Shown here one piece after another: positions 12,601-26,040 of a DNA stretch of 64,000 nucleotides (position 1 is the stretch's first letter; every line of letters starts with the position of its first letter). The stretch is taken from positions 124,001 through 188,000 of the forward strand of contig RDEW01000040.1 of NCBI GenBank assembly GCA_011109175.1. The letters are read 5' to 3'. The notes below the pieces were generated by a model, which searched no databases, was not told the origin of the DNA, and saw only the letters and a list, made by a program, of their open reading frames with translations. The stretch is from Dicyema japonicum (Eukaryota > Animalia > Dicyemida). A program made the translations under genes and the position numbers.

Positions 12601-13865
12601 ATGTATCGTAATTTACACTTTTATTTTGATGCCCCAGTTACTCGTCCCCAACATAAATTGATACCCACAAATAGTACCTCATATATTATTGACGCGAATG
12701 ATCTCCACAAGGCTATCAATGGTACCTAATAACTATCTTATTAAAACAGATTAATAATTTCATCAAGTTAGCGGAACTTTGTTGCAAAAGGACGGAGAAA
12801 CAAAGATTGGAAATAGCCAAGTATTACAGGCGAAACATTTCTGAGGTACAATATCTTCCACAATCGTTAGGACATGGTTAATGACGTTCGTGAAGTGATG
12901 CCCAATAAATTTGTTTATTTTGTTCAACGAAGCTTCTCTTCGAGCATACAAAAACGACGCAGAACTCTTAAGGACCCTGGTGTTAGTTGATTCAGCGATG
13001 AGAAATGACGATGTTGCTCTAACCTTTGGTTGAGTTTGTAATGATGAGATCCAATCGTCATATAAAATCCGTTATTAAATGCTACCAAAAAAGTTCTACG
13101 TTTCATAACATTAGTGTATGGTTCCAACCCCCTCAATGAAATATCGTCAAGGCAGACCTTGATTGCGAGGAGATTTATTGTGAGGCTTTTCCAAGTCCAT
13201 TATCAATATTATTGAAGGGAAGAAAGGAAGTCACAGAGGCTGAGTTCGACATTGCTGTTAAACGTGGAGTGAAATATGTTATTGACATTCAAATGGCAGA
13301 GGATGATGCTGTCACTTTATTTCATGGTGGACTTTATCCGTTTGATAACTCATATTTGTGCAAAATTATCGCAGAAAAGAACATTTTCCAGTTAAATGCC
13401 TGTTCGCACGGTTTTGTGAGTAGTCTATGTTATTGATGAGTTATATGGTCATTCAGTTTCCAACGCTTTCTACGGGTTTGCTGAGAGGGCTGGGGAGACT
13501 GGGATGTCAAAAACTTGTAGGATTTATTGGTTGGATGTATTATGTATTTTTAGTTTCCCTGATTCGTGATGTTCCCACTTTTATATCAAAAAAGTTGAAG
13601 GATTTGTTAGCTTCATATTCATCAATTGCTAGCAATCGTTCTGATGAACTTTCACAGATTTTCAAAAGTCAGGTCCTCTGCTCTCTCATGGATATTTTAA
13701 GGAGTCGGTCTGAGGTAGTTTTGAAATATATCATCTCTAGATCGATCTTGTTGACGTTTCTGAGTCTTTACTCTGAGTTATAGTTTGAGTCTTAGTAGCG
13801 CATGCAAAAATATCATAAGTGACAACGAAGAGCTCAAATGTGCTATTTTAAATTTTTTATCTTGA
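12601..13865 (+). CDS. Highly divergent four-repeat annexin (gene or young pseudogene)
   Basis: Spliced translation shows annexin repeat helices: IDANDLHKAIN, LAELCCKRTEKQRLEIAKYY, NDAELLRTL, LVEFVMMRSNRHIKSV, AEDDAVTLFHGG, LMDILRSRSE|IDLVDV. Mini-introns include 12722-12749, 12846-12870, 13093-13114 and 13195-13217. Several single-base indels must be assumed. Confidence 0.75.
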
Positions 13866-15524
13866 TTTTTAAAATAATTATTTATGTCTCAATAATATAA
13901 TTGTTTTCTTTATTGAAACGTGACGGTCACAATTCCAGAGAGTTCTTTAGGCCTTTAGAATGCATTTCGGAGAAGAACCGTCAGCTTTCCCAATCAAAAG
14001 GGATTTCACTTCTCGGACGACTCCCTAGTTGGCCTTACTAATCTAATCTGGTGACTACCCTATTGATCTCTCCGGATCACTCAAATCGCTACCATATCAA
14101 TGGAAGAAAGGAAAAGTAACGTGACATTGATCTATGCCTTTTAATAGAGATCGTTATCTCCAACATTACATTCTCTTGCTACAGCACCGTTAGATCTAGA
14201 AGGAATCATTACTCTTATCAAGAAGGTCTGTTACATGACTACCCCCTAGTTGCTGAAATCTCTCATCATCCGTGGAATATTTGGATGAACATTGGAGATG
14301 TACAATTGTTAACAAGTACATACCCCCTCTCTCTAAAGGATTTTGTACTTTCTCTGGAGGACTTGCAAAATTCTCAATTTTGTACTTAGTTTACACATCT
14401 TTTTTTTTTAATATTTTTAAGGTTAATTTAAACAATAGAAGTCAGGTAGTTGCCGCTCTCACCGCGTGGCTGTTCCCTCTCAAAATTGCGAGCGAAATTC
14501 GCTCAAATAGCCAGCGGCGTTCGCGGAGATCTCCAGTGCATGAGGTGATCCGGTTTCCAAGACGTCCGAAAAAACTCGAGTGTTAGAGGGGGAAGTAGGA
14601 TCCGGAAGTCTCCATAGCAAGGGGAACAAATTTGACATCATCGGGAAGGTCGGCGTAATTTAACGAGTTTGGCCTTCTCCGCCTTTACGGATGCTGAACA
14701 GGCCCTTGTAGCACTCTCGTGAAGATTTTTCTGGCGAACGTGTCTGTACATGTCACATCCCAAACCAGTGGTTTCCCGGCCTCAAATGGAAATATGGTCA
14801 TCCCGTCCGGTCGTTTCCCGTCACTTCTGCATAACCCGACCGGTTCAAGAATGGCCGAGTATCGCAGCAGCATCCATAGCTCGCCTGACAATTTCATTCA
14901 GAGCCTTGTGCCTTGGGGATCTGCCAGCGCTCCTCCTGCAGGCGAGAGGGTGCAGGCCATAGCAGTCTATCAGGATGCCACATCGGCCACGGGTGAGGTA
15001 CACATACTTTCAGTCCCAGCCGCAGAGAGATACCAGTTCTAACGCATTCATCATCCAGAAAAGTGCCCAAAGCTCCATTGGGGATGGCGTTTAGCCAAGC
15101 TCCGCTCTCAGGGGAAGCCCCCGAAAGCAAACAAGCGCGTCGGTGCTGATTGGCAGATTCTAGTAGGAGTCCAAATGATTTCCAGCATAATAAGTTGTCC
15201 AGGTTTCGCTGGCGATCTTGGGAAGGGGGCAGGGGGAGGTTGGTGGCATTCCAGGCTTCTCGTGCGTGGATTATCTCTTGGTCAGTTGAGAATTCGGGTG
15301 GGGAGTGTAGAATCCTCCTGACCAAAGGTTCGCAGGCCGTGAGTGATGATAAATGAGCGGGAAGTGAGACGTCCAAAGTTCGACGGATTCCAAGACCCCC
15401 GAATCTAAACTGGGAGTGTAGCCTGCATCCATGTATCATCGTCGAATCGGACATTAAATATTTGCTCCGTCGAGCTGAGGAGAGACAAATCAAAATTCTC
15501 GAGCAGCTCCTGTTGAGAATAATA

Positions 15525-17259
15525 TGTCACATGGGCCAAGCGTTACCTATGGGCAGCCTGTTACATTAACCTTGAACCAAGATTAACTTCAATTAATTTT
15601 ATAAATGATTTATTAACCACAAAAAATTAAATTTAAGTAACTTTTTTTAGTCTACTCATTAATACAGTCGATATTTCCTCCTTTCGAATTTTTTATCTAT
15701 CAAATTAAACTATTTAAAACTACCTCCACGCGATTATTCGATAAAATATTAATTATGTCACATGGGCCAAGCGTTACCTATGGGCAGCCTGTTACATTGA
15801 GTTTATCTAGATATAAATTTTTTAAATCAAACTACGTGATTTTTCAATAGATTCTGGAGTCGAACAATTAACCAAATCGTCAATTTGTTCTGGAATCGCA
15901 CACTCATCACTTAAATTATCTAAGTCATAATGATATAAGTATACCATTAATTATTGAATTTATTCCCTTAATTCCTCGATATCTTTCGAAAGGACTTTCG
16001 TTAGAAAATGAATGGACGATATGTTGTAACTGTAGACAGCACTTTCTAATTTATCAAGCCACTTTTTTCACTGTTTATCCAGTATTTTTGACAACTTCCT
16101 CGTGATCGTCTGATTAAATCTTTCGACAATTCCTTGTGCTCGTGGATTGTTAGGCCTTCCGTGAATTTGCTTAATGTTAAAATCTTCGCAAAGTTTTGTT
16201 ATTTCTTGATTTTTAAATTCAGAACCATTGTCCGACTGAAGAAATTTACATGGCCCATTCAGGCGGAACAAAGATCTTAAGTTTTCACATACTTCTTTAC
16301 CAGACTTATTATAGAGTGGTCGTACAAAAAGCGAATCTATAAATTAAAAAAAAAACCAACCTACTATATATGTCAATGACCGTTAAAATCCATTTTGAAA
16401 TTTTCATTTAATGTTGAAATTTTTTCAGGTCTATAAAATCTATCTGATAACGTTCATTTGGACAAAAAGCGAACACATAATGATTTATATCTCCAATCTA
16501 CAATTAAAAAAAATCTTGAACTTTTAAAGGGCGAGAAAATTTGCAAACTTCATGATTTCGAATGACTTTTCTGATAATCTCATTCTTTACAGTGAAGTAT
16601 CTTTGTCTACATTCATACTCAATTTTATTCACTCTTCTGTGTGAAAACTCGTGTAATGATTTCTCCACGAGCTCCATTTCGGTTTCATCATCCAGGGATA
16701 TGACTAACTTGGAATCAGTTGATTTAAGATACAGTCTAAAATTATTGCACGTTTACAATACCTTTCATGGATAATAGAAAAATTCCATATCTTCTTTACA
16801 AGCCTATATTTTTGGTGCCCCGGAAGATTTTTGGGAAATTTATTATCCAAAGCATCTTTTAAAATTTGATATTCAACGCAATCTTTCACAAAACCCTTGT
16901 AAGAAGCCATTGCAACAAAATAATCTTCCATGCTATAAATCACGCTAGAAATCTAGTTTACCGCTATAAAAAAATAAAATCTTTATAATCATAACATTTA
17001 TAAATAAAAAAACTAATTTAAACAGGATTAAATCAAGATATAAATCGGATATATAAAATTAAATGTCGGATAATCCAATGAGGGACTCATCCTCATCTTT
17101 GTCGGTCTGGGATCACTTAGTTAGATGAGAACTTTTATTTCTTTCTTTTGACCCAGTGATCCGACATTAATAATAATAATGTCGGATAATCAAAAGACCT
17201 TTTCAAGGTCGAAAAAAATGTAACAGGCTGCCCATGCGTTACGCGCCGCCCATGTGACA
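15525..17259 (-). mobile_element. Ginger2/TDD-like DNA transposon (Gypsy-type integrase, intron-containing)
   Basis: 43-bp imperfect TIRs starting TGTCACATGGGC (15525-15567 and 17217-17259); 5-bp TSD TAATA. Integrase motifs HEFSH..HEVC, PNERYQIDFID, VIDIYSRF, LQSDNGSEF, GIVERFNQT and SPFE; no RT or gag. Confidence 0.85.
17076..17177 (+). mobile_element. Short 5'-truncated retroposon 3' end with (TAA)n tail, inserted in the Ginger subterminal region
   Basis: Flanked by a 14-bp duplication AATGTCGGATAATC (17062-17075 and 17178-17191); absent from the second Ginger copy; a similar sequence occurs at 24020-24080. Confidence 0.7.
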
Positions 17260-18439
17260 TAATATGGAGCTGTCCTTAGTAGATAGGAGATTCTCTCTGG
17301 ATGTTGAGACTTCTTTTCAATAGGAATAGTGCTGTGTGCAAGTCCAGCAGCTGTAATCTTTCCAGCGAATCGCAATAGGAGTCGTTTTTTGTCAAGGAGG
17401 ACATGCTTCATCGCATTACTAGTGATCGGGGATCCAAGAAAAATCAATTCATTTTCAGGGGTCGAAATCCCACCGGGAAACAAGGAGTAAAATTTTTGAA
17501 CAATGAAGAGAAGTCATCGTCAGCAAGACCACAGTTTTGTTATTTCACATTTCGTTATATTCAACTGAAGACCCACCTCGGACAGCGCGGGGTGAGTACT
17601 TCTAATTCCTGGAAGACCGTTTCCGGGGGACTTGCAAAATTATAAAAAAACATGCTCTGTGTTGAGATATAAATCAAAAGCATCCAGTCTACTTTAAAAA
17701 TGAAATGTTTGGCACTAGAAAAATCCTTATATCGGAAAAAACCTCGTAATCCTCAACAATCCACCAGAACACCGTATGTATCTAACAATAATTAAAAGAC
17801 AAAAGCTAAAATAATTTATGATCTTCCCGCATCTGCGCATGCGGATCACCCCTAGCCGGAGACAGATTTCTTTCTATTTGCGTTGAGTCGTTATCCAAAA
17901 GTATTTCGACCGATGCACAGGGGAGCCCTGAGACGATGTTAGGCATACCCGATTATGTTGATCTAATTTCAATTTGATTGACTCAACTATATTGGTACAA
18001 AAAAATCGTCCCTAGCCGTGCTGTTTCTCCAAGTTTTTTGAGTCCTAAGGTTCAAGAGTTCAGGCTCTGACCAGCAATCAGTATGGGCAAGCAAGACCGC
18101 TAGCAGCGTTGGTCAAAAAAGGAAAGCCGGGAAGGCAGTTCGAGTGCCAATCTCTCAATCTCTCCGTGCCAATCCACGTGGCTTTCTTGCATTGGGTCTA
18201 ACCAATTTTGTTAAAGATATGTTCAATAATTTCTCTGTCGCATCAATGGTCTTCAATAGGTCCATAAAAGACGAAGCTGTCCGTAGTTAGAAAAGGAACC
18301 GCGGACGATTATAGTGGACGTTTCAACAGAAAAAACGCACTATGTGTGTCAAGTATGGTGAGATTGCGAGCGAAAACAGTTCAAAGTTATCGTTGTTTTT
18401 TAGGAAAGTTGAGATTTCCTATGGGATAGAGGGATCCAT

Positions 18440-20910
18440 GAAAAATGACATCTTCCCCATAGGTTTATGGACATCCCAGGGAGAAATGGATAAATTGTTG
18501 ATTGTTGTCTTTCAAACATATCACCTTTATGATCTCGAATTTGGAGGGATTTGACTCTAGTCGAATACCGGGAGGGTAGAGAGTGGTCTTGACCTCTTCG
18601 TCATAGTTTTCTAATATCCTCCAATAGTGTCATCATCTAGATACCAGATGTAAGCGGTTTTTTGATAGCGGAACCGGAGGACTTTGATTTTCCAAGGCAA
18701 TGATGGGAGATCTAAATGCCAAGAACATTAAATATGGATGTTTCGGAACCAGGCTAAGAAAATTGAGTGATAAGACTGGCTTCGAGATTTTGACGTCGGA
18801 GAAGCCGAATCACTACTCGCACCACGGTGGAGACATGCTTGGGGTGTTCCTGGTGTCACCACTGCTCTACATTTATGTGGAGAGACCGATGATCATGTGG
18901 GACATCGAGAACGACCACATCCCCCAAGAGATGTTACTGAACCTGACTCCGGACACCACGGAGTCAGTGTTTACAGGACCTATAAAGACTAAATTGTGAA
19001 CACTATAGAAGATGCATATCTAGAAACCTTAAAAACTGGAAGGAGGGACCTTATTCCCGAAGTGATATTGACAACATAGACAAAGACTTTTCTATTGTGA
19101 TGAAGAGATACTTATTACTTTACGCAAAAATGATACCTTCAAGAACCAATTATGGAAGAGCATCAATCCCTCCCCTTCTACATTATCTATGATTAATGAA
19201 AGAATCCGCCTGAGGAACAAACTCAGAAGATGTGTCGACTGGATGGACCGGAATTGTATTGAACGGTCAACTGAAGATAATCAAAAAAAGCCATTGAGAG
19301 AGAACAAAGACTGTCTCAAGAACAATGTTTGAGGGTCGAGGCAAGCAAACTAAACACCGAATACCCCTCGTTCAGGAAGTTTTACAAAAGAATAACTGGC
19401 CAGAAAAGGAATGACACAAAAAATCTCTTTGACCAAGCCAGAAGGTGAATCATGTTCTATTGAAAGAAGCCCCAGATATCTTTAAGAAGCAACTAGACCG
19501 CATTCGAAGGGTCAACCCGATGGAGCAGATCTTGAGGGAGAAGTTAGATGCTTCACAAGAAATTCTAACCTACTCTTGGACGATCTCAAAGATACTGAAA
19601 TGAAGATAACGACAGAGGACGTCATGATTGCCATTAAAACATGCAAAGCTAACTCCCCTGGACATGACCAAAATAGCATGATGTTGTTCAAGGAAGACCT
19701 AGAGGATTTGTTGCTCATACTGAAGAATTTATTCAACTCGAGCATAGATTATGGCAATGTCCCCACACGCTGGAAAACCTCCATAGTCAGAATGATCTTA
19801 AAACCGAGAAAGTCGCGGAGGGACCTCTCAGCTGAAAGCAGATCAGCCTCGTTTGCTCTATTTCCAAGAATATTGAGCGAATTATTTTCAAGAGGCTAAA
19901 CGACCACATAGAAGAGAGTGGTTTCCTCCTCGCAGAACAATGTGGCTTCAGACCTGGTAAATCCTGCACGGATTGCATCTACCTGATGCATTCGATGGTA
20001 TTGAGAGGTCTGGAATTGAAGAGAATAGTCAACCTGGTATGCTTGGATCTGTCCAATGCTTTTGATAGCGTGTGGCATGAAGCCTTCTTATAATGCCTAG
20101 CAGCTGCTGATATCCAAAAGTAACTTTTCATTTGGATTAAGGACTTCCAAACAAGACAGACTTACCGAGTACGTGTTGGAGCAAATATGTCAGAAGATAT
20201 CATACTGAAGATGGGAGTTCCACAGGGTTCTGTCTTGAGCCCACTTCTGTTCAACGTGTTCTTGTCAGACTTCCCAATTCCACTGGATACGAACACCAAA
20301 CTATGATATACGCAGATGATATTCGGGAAATCAAATCTATCGGAAAGAAGAATCAAGTCATTCACTGACCAAGTCCAGGACTAGTGCACCAAGAGAGGGA
20401 TGAAACTATCCACTGAGAAGTCCGGCCACTTGAGAGTCAGTCGCCTACGGAGGCATCGTACGCAGCCCTACTCACTTAGTATTCCAAAAGTAAATTCACT
20501 CCGCTACCTCGGGATAGCTATCGATGGGGAAGGTTCCTTTATGGAGGACATTAGACGAAGAGTGAAGAAGCCGCTACAAAGCGCTTTTCTGTACAAGCAA
20601 GTTGTTCGTAAGCTTAAAGACCTTCTTGTTTATCTTTATGAGAATCACAGAGTTACTATATGGATGCGAAGCATGGTTTTTCTCTCGCCAAAAAAATAGA
20701 ATTATGTTACTTATGGAAAAAACGAGAAGGTCAGCAATAAAGTTGGCTTTGGGGAAAAAGCTATTTGATGTCCTCAGTACGGAAGAAGACAAGATTCTTG
20801 CACCGGTCAAATAAATTGTAGAGAAGAGGATCGATGGGATCCGACGCTAGAACGAGATTAAAATGGAGATGGGGTTCATTGGAAGAGTCCAGGCCGCATA
20901 GGCGGACTCG
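18440..20910 (+). mobile_element. Near full-length degenerate APE-RT LINE
   Basis: APE motifs MMGDLNAKN and NDHIP; RT motifs EQCGFRPGKSC, CLDLSNAFDSVWH, MGVPQGSVLSPLLFNV, YADD and LRYLGI. Many stops and frameshifts. Confidence 0.9.
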
Positions 20911-21049
20911 TAAACAAGCTCTTAAACTAACTCCTTAGTTCCTTTGAATAAAGTGTTTACGGTCACAGTTATGAAAACAAAAAAAGATTTTTATTAATTA
21001 TCCAAGTCTACAAAAATTTGCGGTTTAAAAAAGAAATAAAAGAGATTTT

Positions 21050-23260
21050 AGACTAAGTCAACTATGGAAGCTGACATAAAGGGATTGACAAATTCTCTCC
21101 CAATTGAGTGAAGGATAGCAAACGATTTTTTTCATGCCATTTCAGCACTAGACGTCGCTGAATAACATGAAGCTAATCTGATAAAACAAGAGTAACAACT
21201 ACAAGAGACAGTTGGCATTTCCGCAGTGGATGAAACTTTCCGGGATGTGTGAAAACCTTCTCTGCTCACGGGAAAGTCCCTGAGTCGCATATCAATGGAA
21301 TTCCTGCTTTTAAATTAGCCGTGTAATCTCCAGACTATAGCAAATTAAGTTTTTAATTATAGTGGGAACATTATTACCTTATAATTACTCCCAATATCAA
21401 AATACCGATATTATATGAAACCATGTTTTCACTGTGTGGTATTCCATCAATAGCTGATTCATAAATTAAAGTTAAATTTCCAATCGATTTCCACGAAGAC
21501 GTCTGGAATGTTAGCATTATCAAGTTCGTTGAAACAATCGGCCAAATGGATAAAATGGATCAAGAATGACTTTGTTATTGTTGTGTCGAGCCTCTGCGTC
21601 GAGAGCCATTGTTCCAGCTTGTCAAGTATTTGTTAGCGGACTGAGTCGCTGATTGAATGCGCCTGTATTTACCCGCGTTACTTCACTTTTGGACTCTACT
21701 GACTATTGATCAACTCTTTACTGGAGTCTCCTGACTTACTCAAAACAACAAAATTCGTATCAAAGCGAAGTGGCTTACAAACCGGTGTTTTTTATAAGAT
21801 ATTCCGCAAAGGCTCAAAAGTCCCTTTCAGAATATCAGACTTTTGCCACATACAACACTTGAAGTTGTAGCTAGATGAAACCACATGAATTCTTTCATAC
21901 TCAGTATTCATTCGGAAAATAGACGCATAAAGAATTGTGACTACTTGAGTTCCGTGAAGGTCTCCACTTTTGAGTATGATGAAAGAACGCTTAGTAAATT
22001 ATCTCAACTTGCTTTCTTCTCTTTTATTGTTAACAAATTCGTGCAACTAGACAGAAACTTGTTCAGGAAATGCTTCTCATTGATTCGATTGTTCTGACGG
22101 AGTTTAGGGAGTAACTCAGACTTTTTAGTCCGACAATATCAACGGGATATGTTGATTTCACCATCTCCGAGTCTTCCACATAATTAAATGTGGGAAATTG
22201 CATATATTTTGGTCGATTTTGACAAAAGTAGTAGTGTTGGCCGTCTGTAAAGTTATCTTTGTATTCGTGAATTCCACAAACAGCATGTTCACGCTTTAAA
22301 ACGCATGAAATATCATGCAAACTCATTTTCATAAAGCCTCTTCGAACTTTGGATGGGAACAACATGACAAAGTCAAATTAGCCTCCCTCAACCAACATTC
22401 CAGACTGAAATCTTAGCTTAATAGTAAAAAATGCAGCTTCTGTTGTCTTTTCCAACTTTATCAACCCTTAAGGAGGTCTCTGCTCGCTTGAAGGTAAATA
22501 TTCTTCAACAGGATCCCAATATCAGCCGAATGACACCATCTATCAAAACATCCGAGAAATATGGAATGATACAATACTGAGTAAAGGCAGCCCCGTACTG
22601 TCTGTCAATTTTGGAGATCAAACAAACGACTGAACTGCGTTTGGGTCAACAAAAATGAGATTATACGTTTGATCAGAGTTAGATACTGATTTTCCGTGAA
22701 CCCGAGATTTTAAGTGAAAATACATCTGTGGCCGACCAATGGTTAAATTCCCTATCATACTGAACAAAGACCTCTAAAGAGTGAGGAAAAGCCTCTGGAC
22801 GAGCTGATATCAATTGTGTGTACCGTGGAGGATGGAAGAGGATAACCAATAACATTATTTCTTTTGTTGCACATTCTTAGCTATATGACCATTATGACAA
22901 AAATAAGTGCTTATAATAATAGTTCCCAACATAGATTGTGAGGATCGAGATTGTGACTTCTAGGATAGTTAGAAGTCTGAGGATCATCAATCTGGTATTA
23001 AAGTCATTGTTTCGAATAAGAATTCAAACGTGGTCTTGGAATAATTCATGAAACGAAAAATATGGATGTCTTTCTATATTAGAGAAATCCCAAAAGTATG
23101 ATTAATCGAAATTGTCTCATATCATTACTAATTATGTTAATTGAAATGCCAATGCATTTCAACATTAGATAAATCCCAAAAATATGGGTTAATGACTATC
23201 TATAGTGTTTCCCTCCTGCGAGGAGATCTCCTTCGACCTCAGCTTTCCGGACAATGCACT
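21050..23260 (-). pseudogene. Large decayed coding-like region of unknown family
   Basis: Several minus-strand ORF pieces (22063-22365 and others) and a duplicated YFWD.SN.E peptide at 23075-23195; no recognisable domain. Confidence 0.3.
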
Positions 23261-23479
23261 TTGGATCAGTCGGCATACAAAAATATTACTCCTTTCGATA
23301 ATTTCTATGACTTTTTTAGGAGAAATTTTATTTTAATATAGTTAATAATAAACCTTATAAATTAATTTGAATTAAAAAATTTTAAATTTGTTTATTGTTA
23401 AAAAATTATTTTGTTAAATAAAATTATTTTGTTAAATAAATCTGAATTAAAAACAGCTTTCCTTTGGATTTACAAAAAT

Positions 23480-23923
23480 GAGCATGCAGCATATAGCAGA
23501 AAAGTTCGGATTACTCAATTGCTCACGTGACAGCCATGAGTATTTGATAAGACATCCTCAGCTCATCTTTTTTGATGGTGTCTTTGCCTTCATCATTTGG
23601 TGTGTGGATATGATTCAAGCAAAAGTAGGATATTTGATTTCTTTAGAATTTTTCCTTGGCAGATCGGGTAATTATCCAAGCGATGTTCATTGTATTCATC
23701 TACCAAATAAAATATTTTGCCATTCAATAATATAAGACAAATCAAATAATGGAGAATAGTGCATATTTATAGGTTACCAAAAACATATATTGAACATTTT
23801 TGATAACAGCCGTCAGTATTATTTGAAATATCAGCAGAATATATTATAAGAAACAAAAAGCCAACCACAACAACGTGGCAACGCACGCCAAATAATGTGC
23901 CAATTTATTAAAAGGTTTGCCAT
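23480..23923 (-). pseudogene. Decayed hydrophobic ORF, paralog of 28500-29251
   Basis: Clear nucleotide similarity to 29020-29270 (atggcaaaccttttaata..., catatttataggttaccaaaa); frameshifts and stops. Confidence 0.4.
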
Positions 23924-24849
23924 ATTATAAAATAATTTTAAAAAATAAATAAATAATCAAATCGACAATCAGAAGGTATTTGACTGTTCCGAAGAAGATC
24001 ATCACTTACAAATACATTCTCAGTTAGTTGAGAACTTTAACTTCTTTCTCTTTGACCCAGTGATTCTGGGGGTAATAATGGTAATATTCTTCGAACATTG
24101 ACGCAAACCTGAAGTTATGGTTGAGAAATTTTTTGAACGGTCACCGGTGACGAGCACGCCATAGTAATCGATATCTTTGGAGACAATAAAATGGATTTAC
24201 TTATTTCTCTTTCCTCTAATTGCACTTGGATTGCACTGTAATCATAGTGGAGTTTCTATCGCTGGAAGTCTTAGGAAATTTATTCAGTCTTTTGAAGATG
24301 GGAATTTCTTTTTCTTCCTCTCGAAATACCTAATCATGGAGATTGAAAGTTTTCTCTTCGGAAAGCGGTTGATGCCAAGCTAATGGATGGGGACGTCTGG
24401 GCAGTAGTTAGGACATTGTTTTTCAATCGAAATCGTCTTATCAGTCACCCTTGAAGTAATTTCTACTTTGGCGAATAAACATCCTCTCTCTCGATTGGAT
24501 CTGAGAGAATTTTCAATCTCATTGGACTGCCCCCTCCTTGTTTTATTTACCGAATCCTAGGTAATGGTTGGGATAAAATCCTTCTCACAGACAGTAGAGG
24601 GGTTTGGATGGTTTAGTTCCTGGCATATCAGAGACCTTCGTCATTCTTAACTTTTTAGGCGGGAGCTCACCTTGTATCATCGTCAATTAAACTCGTAAAT
24701 CTGTTTGCATCCGGGAATATTCCTCCCATCGCGTGAACTTTTTTCTTCTTTGTTGTTTTCCTTTCTCAGAGCCTGGTGGCTATTGAGAACCTATTCCGCT
24801 TAACTCAGACATCGTCAAAAATGGGCTTTAAAAGTCTCCTGAATGCTAT

Positions 24850-25430
24850 ATGTCCCGACATATGAAATTCTACTATCTCAGATATCTCGATCCAAAGATT
24901 TTGAAGCTGACGATAGAGAATTTCCTATTAAAACGATATTTTTTTGTGAGACATGGGTTTTATCGGATCCAATATAACGAACTCGAAGAGTCCCACAAGC
25001 ATCATTCTTTAGCTCCGCACTACTTAAGATGGACAATTTTCCTCAGCCAAATTAATATGTGTATATGTCAAAAGAAATCTCAGAGGGAAGGTTAAAAATT
25101 ACGTGGAAGATATAAACCGATAATACAAATCGCGTAGACTGAAATCGGCAGATAACATAACGCTGTGTGTATTTTCCAATATAGGAAATATTGTCAACAA
25201 TGTGCTTTACACAGCTTTAATGACATCGATCACGAATCTGGAGTTCTGTTTGGATCGAGGGAGAACTTTATAAAAATATCAAAGCTAAGAAAAAATTGTG
25301 CAGACACTTTTTACATCACGAAATTACTTTTTTTAAAGGGAGCACATCATCTCGTTTTTGAAGAAGTTAAGAAAAACATCAATTAAGTTCGACCTTTGGA
25401 AGATAATGTATTGGTAAAAAGTTAGCATGG
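24850..25430 (+). mobile_element. Highly decayed integrase remnant (Ginger/Gypsy-like)
   Basis: HHCC-like residues (EESHKHH..NMCICQK), an ER.NR-like segment and C-terminal LEDNVLVK; heavily mutated. Confidence 0.35.
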
Positions 25431-25688
25431 TTGGGATAACTTTGAATTTAAGAAGACTGATTAACCGACCAATCTTTTAGAGTTTTATTGTGACTCTCTT
25501 TCATCTCGTTGTTATGGAAAACATTAAACGACACACCAATAATGGTTCATCTGAAGCAATAATGGTTCGTTAGCAATATTTTCTTAAAATGGTCAAAAGT
25601 CAAGACCATCCATTTGGGTCGAAAGTCAGGTTATTTTAAAATCTTTCTCAAAATATGAGAAGAAACTTTCTCATTTATGGAGACAAAC

Positions 25689-26040
25689 TCAGAATTTTAA
25701 GTCAAACCTTGGGAGGAAAAACGGCTTGGACACTAATGTTTCCCGTACCGTATTCCGAATCATCCTCTCCGTCAGCCTCGACCATGATCTTCTGTTGCGT
25801 GATAGTTCTCTCAGGTCGTTTGCCAAAGTTAGTCTCTTATCAATCGCCGATAGGTGTTCATTCAAAATAGTCGGAATTGTTGTTTTTGGCCTTCCACGGA
25901 ATCCGGCTGTCGTTTGTGCGAAGTAGTTGTCCATTGCGACATTTGCGGGGATCTGGTCATTTAGACGTAAATATGCCAATAACCATACTATGCAGTGAAT
26001 CTTAACGAAAATCTTCGAATCAAATGGCAAACTCTTCCTA
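25689..26040 (-). mobile_element. RTE LINE 3' fragment
   Basis: GFRGRPKTTIPTIL..DLRELSRNRRSWSRL, the typical RTE C-terminus. Confidence 0.75.

Larger units (their letters stand above)
14401..17640 (-). mobile_element. 5'-truncated CRE-clade (REL-endonuclease) LINE, interrupted by a Ginger2-like transposon at 15525-17259
   Basis: GGLGIRR post-RT motif, ESGAWLNAIP, CPxC/H knuckle and REL motif [25 protein letters not shown]; A-rich tail at 14401-14410. Removing the insert and one TSD restores the frame LRTAPYYSQQELL. Confidence 0.9.

Noticed and set aside
15525-17259. LTR retrotransposon (integrase, TG..CA ends, 5-bp TSD)
   Set aside because: The ends are inverted rather than long direct repeats, there is no RT or gag, and the integrase has introns; this fits a Ginger DNA transposon.
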